Positions 63,620 to 64,000 of a stretch of 64,000 bases of DNA are shown here, piece after piece (the first letter of the stretch is position 1; each line of letters starts with the position of its first letter). The translations under genes and the position numbers were made by a program. The notes below the pieces were generated by a model. That model ran no database searches, was not told where the DNA came from, and was given only the letters and a program-made list of their open reading frames with translations. This DNA is from Macrostomum hystrix (taxonomy: Eukaryota; Animalia; Platyhelminthes). The stretch lies in assembly GCA_950097015.1 (NCBI GenBank), contig CATNEN010000030.1, positions 4,650,001-4,714,000 on the forward strand. Reading direction: 5' to 3'.

Positions 63620-64000
63620 CTAGGATTGCCTGCCATACCGAGAATTGCTCGAATGCTGTACCAGCTCAAAAGGTACCATCTGAGGTCTCGTGGTCACCAG
63701 GATCCAAGATGCAGATTGCCAACACGTTGTCAAGAGCGTACTTGCCAGAGACCGAGGCAGCTTTGGATGATGAATTCGAGGTACAGGCCCACCAGGTGTG
63801 CAGGAGTCTACCGATATCTGCCGTTCGGATGCAAGAAATTCGTGACGAGACTAGCAAGGATCGCGACTTGTCTCTTGGGGCACAGTTCGTTCAGGATTGT
63901 TGGCCAACGGATTTCCACCGTGTTTGTTCATCTATCCGTTCTTACTGGAGCTTCAAGGAAGAATTGGTCTATCACGAAGGCGTACTGCTGAAGGTGAGCC
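63620..64000 (+). mobile_element. Gypsy/Ty3 LTR retrotransposon pol fragment (RNase H end to integrase linker), runs off the window
   Basis: PRIARM..QLKRY, PGSKMQIANTLSRAYLP, EIRDETSKD, SYWSFKEELVYHEGVLLK. Confidence 0.8.

Noticed and set aside
1-64000. Prokaryotic or viral systems (operons, defence islands, rRNA)
   Set aside because: All recognisable genes are spliceosomal-intron eukaryotic genes or eukaryotic TEs; no rRNA-like sequence seen.

Overview
Eukaryotic (metazoan) genomic DNA, about 40% GC, with GT-AG introns. A free-living flatworm is a plausible source, but that is only an inference from gene style and trans-splice-like acceptors. Supported genes in order: a cyclic-nucleotide-binding-domain gene with a frameshift (+), a divergent Rab-like GTPase (+), an ABCG2-like half transporter (-), an intronless hnRNP L (+), VPS33B-like (+), an FMRFamide-receptor-type GPCR (+), a gene with a split SUMO/ubiquitin-like domain (+), and a full-length four-exon CYP7/8-clan-like cytochrome P450 (+). 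The P450 keeps ExxR and PxRF, but its heme-ligating Cys position is Trp. Mobile DNA includes a P-superfamily THAP element with long TIRs, a Crypton remnant, CR1/L2, RTE and I-type LINE fragments, a Gypsy pol fragment, three tRNA-headed SINE families and a piggyBac-like MITE. A 7-kb block (about 21.5-28.7 kb) is sharply CpG-depleted, and a SINE copy inside it shows CpG-to-TpG/CpA decay relative to its sister copy outside, pointing to a locally methylated domain. The top leads are the Cys-less P450 with its unresolved N-terminus (possible fusion to the Ubl gene) and the methylation domain.
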